This document shows, one piece after another, positions 1 through 10,336 of a stretch of 64,000 nt of DNA. Source of the DNA: an uncultured Candidatus Rokubacteria bacterium (GTDB taxonomy: Bacteria > Methylomirabilota > Methylomirabilia > Rokubacteriales > CSP1-6); NCBI GenBank assembly GCA_963747235.1, contig CAVVEU010000024.1, positions 736,001 to 800,000 of the forward strand, in the 5' to 3' direction. A program made the position numbers and the translations under genes. Numbering within the stretch: position 1 is the first letter of the stretch; the number at the start of each line of letters is the position of its first letter. The notes under the pieces were generated by a model. It was not told the origin of the DNA, searched no databases, and saw nothing but the letters and a program-made list of their open reading frames with translations.

Positions 1-834
1 GAGCTGCAGCGGGGTGATGGCCCGCCCGTCCTTCAGGCGGATCGTCTCGCGCAGCGTCGGATCGTGGCTGATGTCGCGGATGGCCTGGACCGGGGACTGC
101 AGGCTGTAGTCCCGGTCGAAGTGGCCGTCCTCGATCATGTCCAGGATCAGCGCGGTCGTGCCCACCTTGAGGTAGGTCGCGACCTCGGACATGTTGGAGT
201 CGCCCACGATGACGTGCAGGCGGCGGTACTTCTCGGCGTCGGCGTGCGGCTCGTCCCGGGTGTTGATGATGGAGCGGGACGAGGTGGTCGCGCCCGAGAT
301 CTCCTGGCAGATGTGCTGGGCCCGCTGCGAGAGGCAGTAGTGGAAGCCCCGCGGGGTCTGCAGCACCTTGCCCGCGCCCGCGAAGATCTGCCGGGTCACG
401 AAGAAGGGGATCAGCCCCTCGGCCAGCCGCTGGAACGACACGTCGCGGCTCACCAGGTAGTTCTCGTGGCAGCCGTACGAGTTGCCCGCGGAGTCGGTGT
501 TGTTCTTGAAGAGCAGGATGTGGCCGGAGATGCCGTCCTCGCGGAGCCGCTTCTCGGCCTGGTGCAGCAGGTCCTCCACGATGCGCTCGCCCGCCTTGTC
601 GTGGATCACCAGATCGGTGATGTCGTCGCACTCGGGGGTGGCGTACTCGGGGTGGAAGCCGGTGTCGAGATAGAGCCGGGCCCCGTTCTCGAGGAAGACG
701 TTGGCGTTGCGGGCTCCCGGAATGACCTTCTCGAAGAGGTACCGCGCCACGTTGTCGGGGGACAGGCGGCGCTGGCCGTTCAGGGTACAGGTGAGGCCGT
801 ACTCGTTCTCGATGCCGAAAATCCGGCGCTTCAT
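1..834 (-). CDS. pafA: Pup--protein ligase PafA (3' end outside window)
   Basis: Not in the ORF track. Hand translation from ATG at 834 gives [16 protein letters not shown]...[20 protein letters not shown]...[17 protein letters not shown]...[13 protein letters not shown], the PafA signature; lies downstream of prcA. Confidence 0.93.
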   Translation of the reverse strand, partial: MKRRIFGIENEYGLTCTLNGQRRLSPDNVARYLFEKVIPGARNANVFLENGARLYLDTGFHPEYATPECDDITDLVIHDKAGERIVEDLLHQAEKRLREDGISGHILLFKNNTDSAGNSYGCHENYLVSRDVSFQRLAEGLIPFFVTRQIFAGAGKVLQTPRGFHYCLSQRAQHICQEISGATTSSRSIINTRDEPHADAEKYRRLHVIVGDSNMSEVATYLKVGTTALILDMIEDGHFDRDYSLQSPVQAIRDISHDPTLRETIRLKDGRAITPLQL

Positions 835-888
835 GTGACCCTCAGGGTAACAGGGGAGCGGCCGGGGGGCAAGGATTGGCCGGGGGGC

Positions 889-1581
889 CTACGCGGTCTC
901 GGTCAGGAGCTGGTGCAGCGCTTCGGCGGGGATGCGCCGGAACTTGCGGCGCTCCTTGGTGCGATCGAGGACGGCCACCTCGAGGTCCCGCTCGGTGAGG
1001 GTCTTGTTCTGGGTGACCATCAGGGCCCGGACCCCCAGCCGCAGGGCCGCGGCCACGTCCAGGTTCTCCTGGAAATTGTCCTTCAGATACCGCCGGATCT
1101 CCTCGGACTGGCCGCCCATCGCCGCGTAGTTCTTCTCGTCCTCGATCGTGCCGTCGTAGAGGATGTGGTAGATCTCGTTCTTGGTGCCGTTGGCGTCGCC
1201 CACCTCCACCACCAGCACCTCGATCTCGAACGGCTTGATGTCCTGGGTGAAGATGTTGCCGAGGGCCTGCGAGTAGGCGTTGGCGAGCGACTTGGCGCTG
1301 ACGTCGCCGCGGCTGTAGGAGTAGCCCTTGACGTCGGCGTGCCGCACCCCGGCCACCCGCATGTTCTCGAACTCGTTGTACTTGCCCACCCCCGCGAAGG
1401 CGATGCGGTCGTAGATCTCCGAGATCTTGTGGAGCAGGGTCGAGGGGTTCTCGGCCACCAGCAGGATGCCGTCCCGGTACTCGATGGTGACGATGGCCCG
1501 GCCGCGGGAGATGCCCTTGCGGGCATACTCCGCCTTGTCCTTCATCATCTGCTCGGGCGATACGTAGTAGGGCAGCGGCAT
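889..1581 (-). CDS. prcA: 20S proteasome alpha subunit
   Basis: MPLPYYVSPEQMMKDKAEYARKGISRGR...KISEIYDRIAFAGVGKYNEFE, typical bacterial PrcA. Confidence 0.95.
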   Translation of the reverse strand: MPLPYYVSPEQMMKDKAEYARKGISRGRAIVTIEYRDGILLVAENPSTLLHKISEIYDRIAFAGVGKYNEFENMRVAGVRHADVKGYSYSRGDVSAKSLANAYSQALGNIFTQDIKPFEIEVLVVEVGDANGTKNEIYHILYDGTIEDEKNYAAMGGQSEEIRRYLKDNFQENLDVAAALRLGVRALMVTQNKTLTERDLEVAVLDRTKERRKFRRIPAEALHQLLTETA

Positions 1582-1596
1582 CAGGTTCCCCGCGGG

Positions 1597-2406
1597 CTAG
1601 AGACGGGTGCGGTCATTGAGGACGGCCTCGCAGTGGCGCCGGATCTCGTCCTCGGGCGCGTCCGCGAACCCCGAGCGCGTGATGGTCTTCACCGACGGCA
1701 GGATCCCGCGCAGCAGGTCGGGCCCGCCGGTGCCGAGATCCTCGTCGGCCGCGTCGATCAGGGCCTCGATGGCGACCCGGAGCGCTTCGTCGCGGTTCAT
1801 GTCGCGCCGGAAGCGCTTCTTGAGCGAGTCGCGCGCGTCCTTGCCTCCCGAGCCCTGGGCGAAGTAGTCGGTCTCCTCGTAGCGCCCGCCGGTGACGTCG
1901 TACTTGAACAGCCGCCCCACGCCGGCCCGCTCGTCGAAGCCCGCGAAGATCGGGACGACCACGAGGCCCTGCATGGCCATCGGCAGGTTCATGCGGATCA
2001 TCTGGCCGAGCTTGTTGGCCTTGCCGTCGAGCGAGAGGTTCTCGCCCTCCACCTTCTCGTAGTGCTCGAGCTCGGTCTGGAAGAGGCGGGCCATCTCCAT
2101 GGCGGGCCCCGCCGCGCCCGCGATGCCGACCCCGGAGAGGTCGTCGGACTTGAAGATCTTCTCGATGCGCCGGTGGGCGACCTGATAGCCCTCGCTGGCC
2201 TGCCGGTCGCCCGCCATGATCACGCCGTCGCGGTAGCGCAGGGCCAGCACGGTGGTGCCGTGCGGCACCGAGGGCACGCTTCCCTCGTCCGCTCCGCCCT
2301 CGGAGCGGCCGGGCAGCAGGTGGGGCGCGGCGCGATGCAGGATCTCCGCGAAGCTCGAGGTCGAGTAGTCGAAGAAGGCGTGCTTCCAGCGCTCCGGATC
2401 GAGCAT
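1597..2406 (-). CDS. prcB: 20S proteasome beta subunit with propeptide
   Basis: Propeptide followed by HG|TTVLAL catalytic Thr1; AGDRQAS and GSGG motifs. Confidence 0.95.
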   Translation of the reverse strand: MLDPERWKHAFFDYSTSSFAEILHRAAPHLLPGRSEGGADEGSVPSVPHGTTVLALRYRDGVIMAGDRQASEGYQVAHRRIEKIFKSDDLSGVGIAGAAGPAMEMARLFQTELEHYEKVEGENLSLDGKANKLGQMIRMNLPMAMQGLVVVPIFAGFDERAGVGRLFKYDVTGGRYEETDYFAQGSGGKDARDSLKKRFRRDMNRDEALRVAIEALIDAADEDLGTGGPDLLRGILPSVKTITRSGFADAPEDEIRRHCEAVLNDRTRL

Positions 2407-2407
2407 C

Positions 2408-3907
2408 CTAGAAGTCGCCGCTCGGCTTGCCGAGGTTCTTGAGCAGGGCGCCCGCGGTGGCCGACTCGTCGAAGAGCTGGCGCACGTGGGCCTCGGTGCC
2501 CCGGAGCGGCTCCAGCATGAAGATCTTCTTGAGCGGGCCCTCCTTGAGATCGAAGATCACCGAGTCCCAGGAGGCGGAGACCACCTCGTCGGAGTACTTC
2601 TGCAGGCACATCCCGCGGAAGTAGGCGCGGGTGTCCTTGGGCGGATCGTAGATCGCCTTGGTCACCTCGTCCTCGGTGCTGAGGCGCTCCACCGCCTCCG
2701 CTTCTTCGAGCTTGTAGAAGAGCCCCTTGCTGGGCCGGATGTCGTGGTACTGGAGGTCGATCATGGCCACCCGCGAGTCCGACCACTCGCAGCTATGCTT
2801 GGCCCGGTAGTTCTCGATGAGCTGGTGCTTGATCACCCAGTCGAGCTCGCGGTCGAGGCTCATGGGATCCACCGCGAGCCGGTCCAGCACCGAGCCCCAC
2901 CGCGCCATCACGTCCTCGACCCACGGCTCGTGCTCCCGGTCGCGGTAGTAGCGGTGGGCCAGGTCGAGGAACTCGCGCTGGAGGTCGACCGCGGTCAGAT
3001 GGCGGCCGTCCTTGAGGCGCATGGTCTCGCGGCAGCCGAGGTCGCGGGAGACGCGCCGGTACGAGACGACCGGGCTGTCCAGGCTGAGGTCGCGGTCGAT
3101 GAAGTCGTCCTCGATCATGCTGAGCACGATCGCCATCGTGCCGCACTTGAGGTAGGTGGAGACCTCGCTCATGTTGGCGTCGCCCACGATCACGTGCAGG
3201 CGGCGGTACTTCTCGGGATCCGCGTGCGGCTCGTCCCGGGTGTTGATGATGGGCCGGCTGTGCATCGTCTCCAGCCCCACCTCGGTCTCCAGGAAGTCGG
3301 CGCGCTGGGAGATCTGGAACTCGCAGAACTCGGTGTTGTTCTCGGCCCCCACCTTGCCCGCGCCGGTGTAGACCTGCCGGCTCACGAAGAAGGGGAGCAG
3401 GTACTGGACGATCCGCGCGAAGGGCACCTTGCGGTCCATGAGGTAGTTCTCGTGGGTGCCGTAGGAGTTGCCCTTGGAGTCGGTGTTGTTCTTGTAGATC
3501 AGGATGCGCTGCTCGGGCGGGGAGACCGCCTCCGCCCGGGTCCGCGAGAGATCCAGGATGCGCTCGCCCGCCCGGTCCCAGATCACGCAGTCGCGCGGGT
3601 TGGTGGTCTCCGGGGAGGAGTACTCCGGGTGCGCGTGGTCCACGTAGAAGCGCGCGCCGTTGGAGAGGATCAGGTTGATGAGGCGCGACTCCTCCTTCGA
3701 CGGGACCTCCTTGTCCTCCATGTACTCGAAGCCGCGCGCGTCGCGCAGCGGGCTCTCCGCCTCGTAGTCCCAGCGGATCCGGGACGAGCGGTAGGTCTCG
3801 TAGGAGTTGATCAGCAGCAGCGAGGACAGGATCGGGTTGAAGTCCGGCTGGTTCTTGACCGTGATGCCGTACTCGGTCTCGATCCCCATTACCTTCGGAA
3901 TCGCCAT
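2408..3907 (-). CDS. dop: Pup deamidase/depupylase Dop
   Basis: MGIETEYGI, WDYEAESPLRDARGF (Dop loop), [28 protein letters not shown]. Confidence 0.93.
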   Translation of the reverse strand: MAIPKVMGIETEYGITVKNQPDFNPILSSLLLINSYETYRSSRIRWDYEAESPLRDARGFEYMEDKEVPSKEESRLINLILSNGARFYVDHAHPEYSSPETTNPRDCVIWDRAGERILDLSRTRAEAVSPPEQRILIYKNNTDSKGNSYGTHENYLMDRKVPFARIVQYLLPFFVSRQVYTGAGKVGAENNTEFCEFQISQRADFLETEVGLETMHSRPIINTRDEPHADPEKYRRLHVIVGDANMSEVSTYLKCGTMAIVLSMIEDDFIDRDLSLDSPVVSYRRVSRDLGCRETMRLKDGRHLTAVDLQREFLDLAHRYYRDREHEPWVEDVMARWGSVLDRLAVDPMSLDRELDWVIKHQLIENYRAKHSCEWSDSRVAMIDLQYHDIRPSKGLFYKLEEAEAVERLSTEDEVTKAIYDPPKDTRAYFRGMCLQKYSDEVVSASWDSVIFDLKEGPLKKIFMLEPLRGTEAHVRQLFDESATAGALLKNLGKPSGDF

Positions 3908-3952
3908 TGACGTCCTCGGATGCTCGATCGGGCTGGGCGGTTGAAAGACACA

Positions 3953-3985
3953 CGGCGGGGGGGAGCCCAGCGCTCCCCCCCGCCG
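3953..3985 (-). terminator. GC-rich hairpin between arc and dop (probable intrinsic terminator/attenuator)
   Basis: 14-bp perfect stem CGGCGGGGGGGAGC / GCTCCCCCCCGCCG with 5-nt loop, followed on the - strand by TGTGTCTTTC. Confidence 0.6.
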
Positions 3986-3992
3986 CAGGGCC

Positions 3993-5825
3993 TTACAGGT
4001 ACTGGCCGGTATTGATCACGCGCTCGACGGCGCGCTGCTTTTCCTTGGTCTCACCCATCAGTGGCTTCACGTAGACGATGCGCTCGCCCTTCTTGCCCGC
4101 GATCTTGGCCCAGTCGTCCGGATTGGTCGTGTTGGGCAGATCCTCGTTCTCCTTGAACTCCTCGCGCACCGCGTTCAGCAGGTCCTCGACCTTGATGCCC
4201 TTCTCGCTGAGCGAGATGTAGCGCTTGAGCGCCAGCTTCTTGGCCCGCCGCACCACCGACTCGATCATGGCGCCGGAGGAGAAGTCCTTGAAGTACAGGA
4301 CCTCCTTGTCCCCGTTGGCGTAGGTCACTTCCAGGAAGCGATTCTCCTCCTCGAGGCTGTACATCTCCTCGATGGTGGCCTGGATCATCCGGTCCACCGC
4401 CGCCTGCGCGTCGCCCGCGCTCTCGCGGATCTCCGACTCGTGGATCGGCAGCTCGGTGGTCATGTACTTGTTGAAGATGTCGGCCGCCCCCAGCTGGTCC
4501 GGCCGCTCGATCTTGATCTTCACGTCCAGCCGGCCCGGCCGCAGGATGGCCGGGTCGATCAGGTCCTGCCGGTTGGAGGCGCCGATCACGATGACGTTCT
4601 TCAGGTGCTCGACGCCGTCGATCTCGGCCAGGAGCTGCGGCACGATCGTGGTTTCCACGTCCGAGGAGATGCCCGAGCCGCGGGTGCGGAAGAGCGCGTC
4701 CATCTCGTCGAAGAACACCACCACCGGCACGTCCTCGGCCGCCTTCTCGCGGGCCTTGATGAAGATCTCGCGGATCTTCCGCTCGGTCTCGCCCACGTAC
4801 TTGTTGAGCAGCTCGGGGCCCTTGATGTTGAGGAAGAAGCCCTTCACCTTCTCGCCGCGCTTCTCCGAGATGCGCGCGGCCAGGTTGTTGGCCACCGCCT
4901 TCGCGATCATGGTCTTGCCGCAGCCCGGAGGGCCGTAGAGCAGCACGCCCTTCGGCGGGGCGAGGTGATGCTCGCGGTAGTAGTCGGCGTACAGATACGG
5001 CAGCTCGACCGCGTCCTTGATGGTCTCGATCTGGCCGGCGAGCCCGCCGATGTCCTCGTAGCTGATGTCGGGCACCTCTTCCAGCGTGAGGTCCTCGACC
5101 TCGCTCTTGGGCAGCTTCTCGAGCAGGTAGCCGCTCTTGGCGTCGATGAGCAGGTGGTCGCCGATCTTGAGCTTCGCCGAGCGCAGCGGCTCCGCGATGA
5201 TGCCGACGCGGTCCTCGTCCGCCCGCTGGGTGACGATGGCGCGCTCGTCGTCGAGCACTTCCTTGAGGATCACGACCTCGCCCTGGATCTCGTAGCCCGC
5301 GGTCTCGACCACGTTGAGGCCCTCGTTCAGGATCAGCTCCTGACCGGGCTTGATGTCCTCCGCCTTGATCGAGGGGTGCAGGTTGACCTTCACCTTGCGG
5401 CCCTGCGACAGGATGTTGACGGTGCCGTCCTCGTTGACCGAGAGGTAGACCCCGTAGGTCGAGGGGGGCGCGCAGAGCTTGTCCACCTCTTCCTTGAGCG
5501 AGGTGATCTGCTCGCGCGCCTCGTAGAGCGCGTTGACGAGCTTCTCGTTCTGGTTGAACGCCTGGACGAGCTGGCGATTGGCCTCGCGCAGCTTGTTCTC
5601 CAGGATCATGAACTCCTTGGGCGCGTCCTCCAGCTTCTTGCGCAGCCGCCCGGTCTCGGTCTCGAGCGAGCGGACGTAGGCCTGGAGGTCCTGGACCTGG
5701 ACCTCGTACTCCGTGAGGCGGCGCCGGTAGTTAGAGTCGGTCATGGGGAGGAATTTCGAGAGGCCCTTCATCCCTTCGGACGCGGGCTCTCGGCTAGGAT
5801 TGCCCTTCTTGTCGAACTCCTTCAT
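3993..5825 (-). CDS. arc: Proteasome-associated AAA+ ATPase ARC/Mpa
   Basis: N-terminal coiled coil, GPPGCGKT Walker A, FFDEMD Walker B, C-terminal GQYL proteasome-docking motif. Confidence 0.96.
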   Translation of the reverse strand: MKEFDKKGNPSREPASEGMKGLSKFLPMTDSNYRRRLTEYEVQVQDLQAYVRSLETETGRLRKKLEDAPKEFMILENKLREANRQLVQAFNQNEKLVNALYEAREQITSLKEEVDKLCAPPSTYGVYLSVNEDGTVNILSQGRKVKVNLHPSIKAEDIKPGQELILNEGLNVVETAGYEIQGEVVILKEVLDDERAIVTQRADEDRVGIIAEPLRSAKLKIGDHLLIDAKSGYLLEKLPKSEVEDLTLEEVPDISYEDIGGLAGQIETIKDAVELPYLYADYYREHHLAPPKGVLLYGPPGCGKTMIAKAVANNLAARISEKRGEKVKGFFLNIKGPELLNKYVGETERKIREIFIKAREKAAEDVPVVVFFDEMDALFRTRGSGISSDVETTIVPQLLAEIDGVEHLKNVIVIGASNRQDLIDPAILRPGRLDVKIKIERPDQLGAADIFNKYMTTELPIHESEIRESAGDAQAAVDRMIQATIEEMYSLEEENRFLEVTYANGDKEVLYFKDFSSGAMIESVVRRAKKLALKRYISLSEKGIKVEDLLNAVREEFKENEDLPNTTNPDDWAKIAGKKGERIVYVKPLMGETKEKQRAVERVINTGQYL

Positions 5826-5909
5826 GTTCGCCCATTTCCTTTCCGGGTGAACCAGCGGGCACTGCCAGCGCTCCGTCGCGCGCCGCCCAAGCCTCCGAAA
5901 GGTGACCTC

Positions 5910-5939
5910 AGTATAGGAGTCCGTTTCGCGTTAAGTCAA
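5910..5939 (-). promoter_or_regulatory. sigma70-type promoter for the arc operon
   Basis: - strand reads TTGACT-N18-TATACT, ~85 nt upstream of the arc ATG. Confidence 0.65.
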
Positions 5940-6255
5940 GCGAATTGGCCTCATTTCGCCCTCGGGAGCCATTGATTTCATTTCACTTTCTCCGATTCAC
6001 GGTGTGGCGATCACCTATCGCTCTCACCGTGTAAACCGTGGCTCACCCGACCCGGTTCCGGAGCGCTGCCGAGGGCTCGATTAAGGAGAAAGCACGTTCG
6101 GTGCCACTCGCGCGCCCCACCGACCACGCCGATTCCCGCGACTTTCGGAGCGGCGGGTGGCCGCGCGCGCCTGCGCGAGGGCCCACGGGATAATCAGCGG
6201 CGCGGAAAGTGGCTACGCATCGCGCAGCGGCGGGATTCCGTCGTATAACTCGATC

Positions 6256-7819
6256 ATGTGGAGCGCATGCCGGCGCATCGCGATCACGCTCGCTCTCGTC
6301 CTCACGCTGGCCGGCGAGACGTGGGCGCAGGGCGGTGTCCTCCGCGTGGGGCTGCCGTCGGTGCCGGTCTCGCTCGACCCCGCCACCACGCTGGAAGGGC
6401 CAGTTTCCGTCATCGCACGACAAATCTTCGACACCCTGGTGCAGTACCGCGACGTCACCAGCGATATCGAGCCGGGGCTGGCCGCCCAGTGGTCGGTGTC
6501 GCGCGACGGCCTCGTGTGGACCTTCCGGCTGCGCGACGGCGTGCGGTTTCACGACGGGACCGCCCTGACCGCCCAGCACGTGGTGGAGAGCCTCGACCGG
6601 GTCCTCCAGCCCAACGCGGCGCATGCGCCGAGCCCCAACATGGTCGCGCCGCGGCTGATCCGGGGCACGCCCGGGGTCGTCAAGGAGGTCAAGGCGACGG
6701 ACGTGCGCACCGTCCAGATCAGCCTGCTGCTGCCCTACGCGCCGCTGCCGGCCGTGCTGGCCCATCCCGGCTTCTCGATCGTCCTGGCGAGCAGCGCGGG
6801 CCAGCGCTGGGTCGGCACCGGACCGTTCGTGCTCACCGAGGCGAGCCTGGGGCGGGTCGTGCTCGACGCGAACCCGGGTTACTGGGGCGGGCCGCCCCGC
6901 TCGACGCGGCTGGTCTTCCTGGACACCGGCGAGGATGCGCGCGGCGAGGCGATGCTGGAGGCGCAGGCCGTGGACGTGCTCCTGACCGAGGTCGCCCCGT
7001 CCCGGACCGCCGGCACGCAGTCGATCCCGAGCTGGCACATCGGCTATCTCGCGCTCGAGGCGGAGCGCGAGCCCTTCAGCCGGCTCAAGGCGCGCCAGGC
7101 GGTGGCGGCCGCGCTCGATCCGGGTCTGCTCGCTCCCGTGGTCGCGCCGGCCGGGGTCCCACTGCTCTCCTTCCTGCCCCTGGGGGTCTGGGGCCGTCGC
7201 GATGGCTCGCCCGTCCTCGAGGCGAACCCGGCGAAGGCCAAGCGCCTGCTGACGGAGGCGGGCTTCCCGCGGGGAACGTCGGCCGGCCTGCTGATCAGCG
7301 ACGGCGACAAGCGCCTGGACCTGTCGCGGGTGGCCGAGGCGATCCGCGCCTCACTGGCCACCGCGGGCATCTCGGTGCCCATCCAGGTCGAGGCGCCGGA
7401 GGCGGCGCTCCAGCTCGCCCGGACCGGTCAGCATCAGATGGCGCTGCTCGAGGCCCGGGTGGAGGCGGGCGATCCGCACTTCCTGCTCTACCCGTTGACC
7501 AGCAGCGAGGGGGCGAGCAAGGGACCGACGGCGATGAACATGTCCTTCTATCGCAACCGGACGCTCGACGACCTGCTGATCCGGGCCAGCCAGGTGTCCT
7601 TCCGGCCCGAACGCCAGCGTCTCTACGCGCGCGCCCAGGCCACGCTGGGCGAGGAGATGCCGTGGGTGCCGCTCTACGTGCGGCTGCACTGGGCGGCGAC
7701 CCGCATGGAGGTGCGCAACCTGCGCCTGCACCCGAGCGGCAATCCCCGCTTCGACCGCGTCTGGATCGACGCGCCGCCCGCCGGCGGCGCCCGCACCCCC
7801 GCCGGCCGCCCAGCGGTGA
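6256..7819 (+). CDS. ABC transporter substrate-binding protein 1 (family 5, peptide/nickel)
   Basis: Signal peptide from ATG 6256 (TATAAC 6 nt upstream, possibly leaderless); IFDTLV...IEPGLAAQWSVS..G.VWTFRLRDGVRFHDGT; GTGPF. Probable true stop TGA 7817-7819, masked by a 1-nt indel. Confidence 0.8.
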
Positions 7820-9390
7820 AGGGCCTCCGCCTCCTGCCGCTGCTGTGCCTGCTGCTGGCGGCCGGGCCGGCGGATGCGCAGAGCGGCAAGCCGGCGGGCA
7901 CGCTGCGCGGCGTCTTCGTCTCCGATCCGCCGACGCTCGATCCCTCCCAGGCCACCGACACCACCTCCTCCGCGGTCGTGCGGCAGCTCTTCGACACGCT
8001 GGTGGAGCTGGACGAGAAGCTCCAGCCCGGACCGGGCCTGGCCGAGCGCTGGACGGTCTCGGCCGACCATCGCGTCTACACCTTCGTGCTGCGCCCCGGC
8101 GTGAAGTTCCACAACGGCCGGGTTCTGGTGGCGGCCGACGTGAAGTTCTCCTTCGAGCGGGCCGCGCGCGGCAAGCGGCCCTGGGTGTTCGAGAAGATCG
8201 CGGGCGCGCCCGCCTTCATCAAGGGCGGGGCGCCCGAGATCGCGGGCGTGCGCGTCGTGGACGAGCGCAGCGTCGAGCTGACCCTGGAGAAGCCCTTCGC
8301 CCCGTTTCTCCATCTCATGGCGTACGACGCGGCGTCCATCGTGCCGCGCGAGGAGGTCCTCCGCCTGGGGACCGCCTTCGCGAACCGCCCGGTGGGCACC
8401 GGCGCGTTCCGCCTGAAGGAGTGGCGGCGCGACGACCGCGTGGTGCTCGAGGCCTTCCCCGAGCATTTTCGCGGCGCGCCCCACCTGGAGCGCGTCGTGT
8501 TCCGCATCATCCCGGCCGAGATCACCCGCTTCAACGACTACAAGGCCGGCAACCTCGACGTCAGCGACATCCCGACCGGTCATTGCCGGGCCGTGAAGGC
8601 CGATCCCGCGCTTCGCGCGCAGGTGGCGATCTGGCCGACCCTGGGCACCCACGGCGTGCGCTTCAACGTGGAGAAGCCCCCGTTCAACGAGCGCCGGATG
8701 CGACTGGTCGTCGCGCACGCCATCGATCCGTCCGCGATCGTGCAGGGGCTTCTCGAGGGATGCGTGATCGCGGGCAAGGGCATCCTGCCTCCCGCGCTGC
8801 CGGGCTACAACGCGGGCGTCACCGCGCCCGGCTTCGATCGGGCCCGCGCCCGCCAGCTCCTCGCCGAGGCGGGATTCCCGGGCGGCCGGGGGCTGCCGCC
8901 CATCACCTATCACTTCAACACGAGCGATCTGAACCAGCGCATCGGCGAGCTCTTGCAGGCGCAGCTCCGGGAGGTGGGCATCACGCTCGAGCTGCGGCGG
9001 CTCGACTGGGCCGCGCACCTCAAGGTGGTGGACGAGGGCGCGGTGACGATGTTCCGCCAGGGCTGGATCGGCGACTATCCGGATCCGGAGAACTTCCTGA
9101 CCGTCCTGTTCCACTCGCGGAACGTCGGCGCGGCGGGCAATACCTCTCGCTACCGCAGCCCGGAGCTCGACCGTCTGCTCGACCAGGGCGACGTGATGCC
9201 GGCCGGCCCGGCGCGCTTCAAGGTGTACCAGGGCGCCGAGCAGCGCCTGCTCGACGACGGTGCCTGGATCACGCTCTACCACTACGCGAGCCGCGCCCTG
9301 ATCCGCCCCACCGTGAAAGGCCTCGAGCGCTCCCCGCTGTCCACCGCGCCCGAGTTCCTCGCCCCTCTACGAAAAGTCAAGATCGAGTAG
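7816..9390 (+). CDS. ABC transporter substrate-binding protein 2 (family 5)
   Basis: Own signal peptide (VKGLRLLPLLCLLLAAGPADAQ) from GTG 7816; LFDTLV...PGLAERWTVS..VYTFVLRPGVKFHNG; WIGDYPDPENFL. Confidence 0.85.
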   Translation: MKGLRLLPLLCLLLAAGPADAQSGKPAGTLRGVFVSDPPTLDPSQATDTTSSAVVRQLFDTLVELDEKLQPGPGLAERWTVSADHRVYTFVLRPGVKFHNGRVLVAADVKFSFERAARGKRPWVFEKIAGAPAFIKGGAPEIAGVRVVDERSVELTLEKPFAPFLHLMAYDAASIVPREEVLRLGTAFANRPVGTGAFRLKEWRRDDRVVLEAFPEHFRGAPHLERVVFRIIPAEITRFNDYKAGNLDVSDIPTGHCRAVKADPALRAQVAIWPTLGTHGVRFNVEKPPFNERRMRLVVAHAIDPSAIVQGLLEGCVIAGKGILPPALPGYNAGVTAPGFDRARARQLLAEAGFPGGRGLPPITYHFNTSDLNQRIGELLQAQLREVGITLELRRLDWAAHLKVVDEGAVTMFRQGWIGDYPDPENFLTVLFHSRNVGAAGNTSRYRSPELDRLLDQGDVMPAGPARFKVYQGAEQRLLDDGAWITLYHYASRALIRPTVKGLERSPLSTAPEFLAPLRKVKIE

Positions 9391-9394
9391 CCGG

Positions 9395-10336
9395 TTGCTT
9401 CTCGACCTGCTAGAGCCGGCGGCCAAGCGCGTTCTGGCGCTGCTGCCGGTCCTGCTGGGCGTCAGCCTGCTCGTCTTCGCGCTCACCGCGGTCAGCCTGG
9501 GCGATCCGGCCCGGGCCATGCTGGGGCAGCGCGCCGATCCGGAGCTGGTCCAGCAGATCCGCCGGGACTACGCGCTCGACCAGCCGGTGCACGTGCGCTA
9601 CGCGACGTGGATGTCGCGGCTGGTCCGCGGCGACCTCGGCACCTCGTATCACCAGCAGCGCCCCGTCGCGGAGATCATCGCCGAGCGGCTACCCGCCACC
9701 GCGCGGCTGGCGCTGGCCGCCATGGTGGTTGCCGTCATCGGCGGCCTCGCCGCGGGAGTCGCGGCCGCGCTGCGGCCCGGCCGGCTGCTCGATCAGGTCC
9801 TCATGAGCGCCGCGGTGCTCGGCATCTCCACCCCCGTGTTCTGGCTCGGCATGATGCTCTCGCTGCTCTTCGCGGTCTGGCTCGGATGGCTGCCGGTCTC
9901 CGGGTACGGCGATGGGGACTGGGCCAATCTGGTCCTGCCGGCCCTCACCCTGGGCGCCATCCACACCGGCACGATCGCGCGCATGGCCCGCTCGAACCTG
10001 CTCGAGGTGATCCAGCAGGAGTACATCCAGACCGCGCGCGCCAAGGGACTCGCCGAGTGGGTGGTGATCGCCAAGCACGCCCTCCGCAATGCCCTGATCC
10101 CGGTGGTCACCATCATCGGCATCGGGATCGCGGATCTCCTCGTGGGCGCGCCGCTCACCGAGACGGTGTTCGCGTGGCCCGGCCTCGGGCGGATGCTGGT
10201 GGCCGCGGTGGGGCAGCGCGACCTGCCCGTGGTGATGGGCGCGGTGCTCGTCTTCGCGGTGATCTACGTCCTCGCCAACCTGGTGGTGGACCTGGCCTAT
10301 CTCGTCATCGACCCGAGGATCCGCCGTGGCGGTTGA
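9395..10336 (+). CDS. ABC peptide transporter permease (DppB-like)
   Basis: GDLGTSY, ERLPATARLA, YIQTARAKGL..KHALRNALIPVVT, ETVFAWPGLG. Confidence 0.9.
   Translation: MLLDLLEPAAKRVLALLPVLLGVSLLVFALTAVSLGDPARAMLGQRADPELVQQIRRDYALDQPVHVRYATWMSRLVRGDLGTSYHQQRPVAEIIAERLPATARLALAAMVVAVIGGLAAGVAAALRPGRLLDQVLMSAAVLGISTPVFWLGMMLSLLFAVWLGWLPVSGYGDGDWANLVLPALTLGAIHTGTIARMARSNLLEVIQQEYIQTARAKGLAEWVVIAKHALRNALIPVVTIIGIGIADLLVGAPLTETVFAWPGLGRMLVAAVGQRDLPVVMGAVLVFAVIYVLANLVVDLAYLVIDPRIRRGG

Noticed and set aside
64-2442. Long antisense and alternate-frame ORFs here and throughout (e.g. 4440-5975, 24067-26241, 5' part of 38872-43287)
   Set aside because: Shadow ORFs expected in high-GC DNA opposite well-supported genes; no recognisable motifs.
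202-3252. ~70-bp near-identical DNA shared by pafA (202-272) and dop (3181-3252)
   Set aside because: Encodes the conserved [21 protein letters not shown] motif of two paralogues with biased codon usage.
6157-9390. 1077-aa double substrate-binding-protein fusion
   Set aside because: There is an internal signal peptide at GTG 7816 with an overlapping TGA; removing one G just upstream restores two coupled genes. Most likely an indel artefact.
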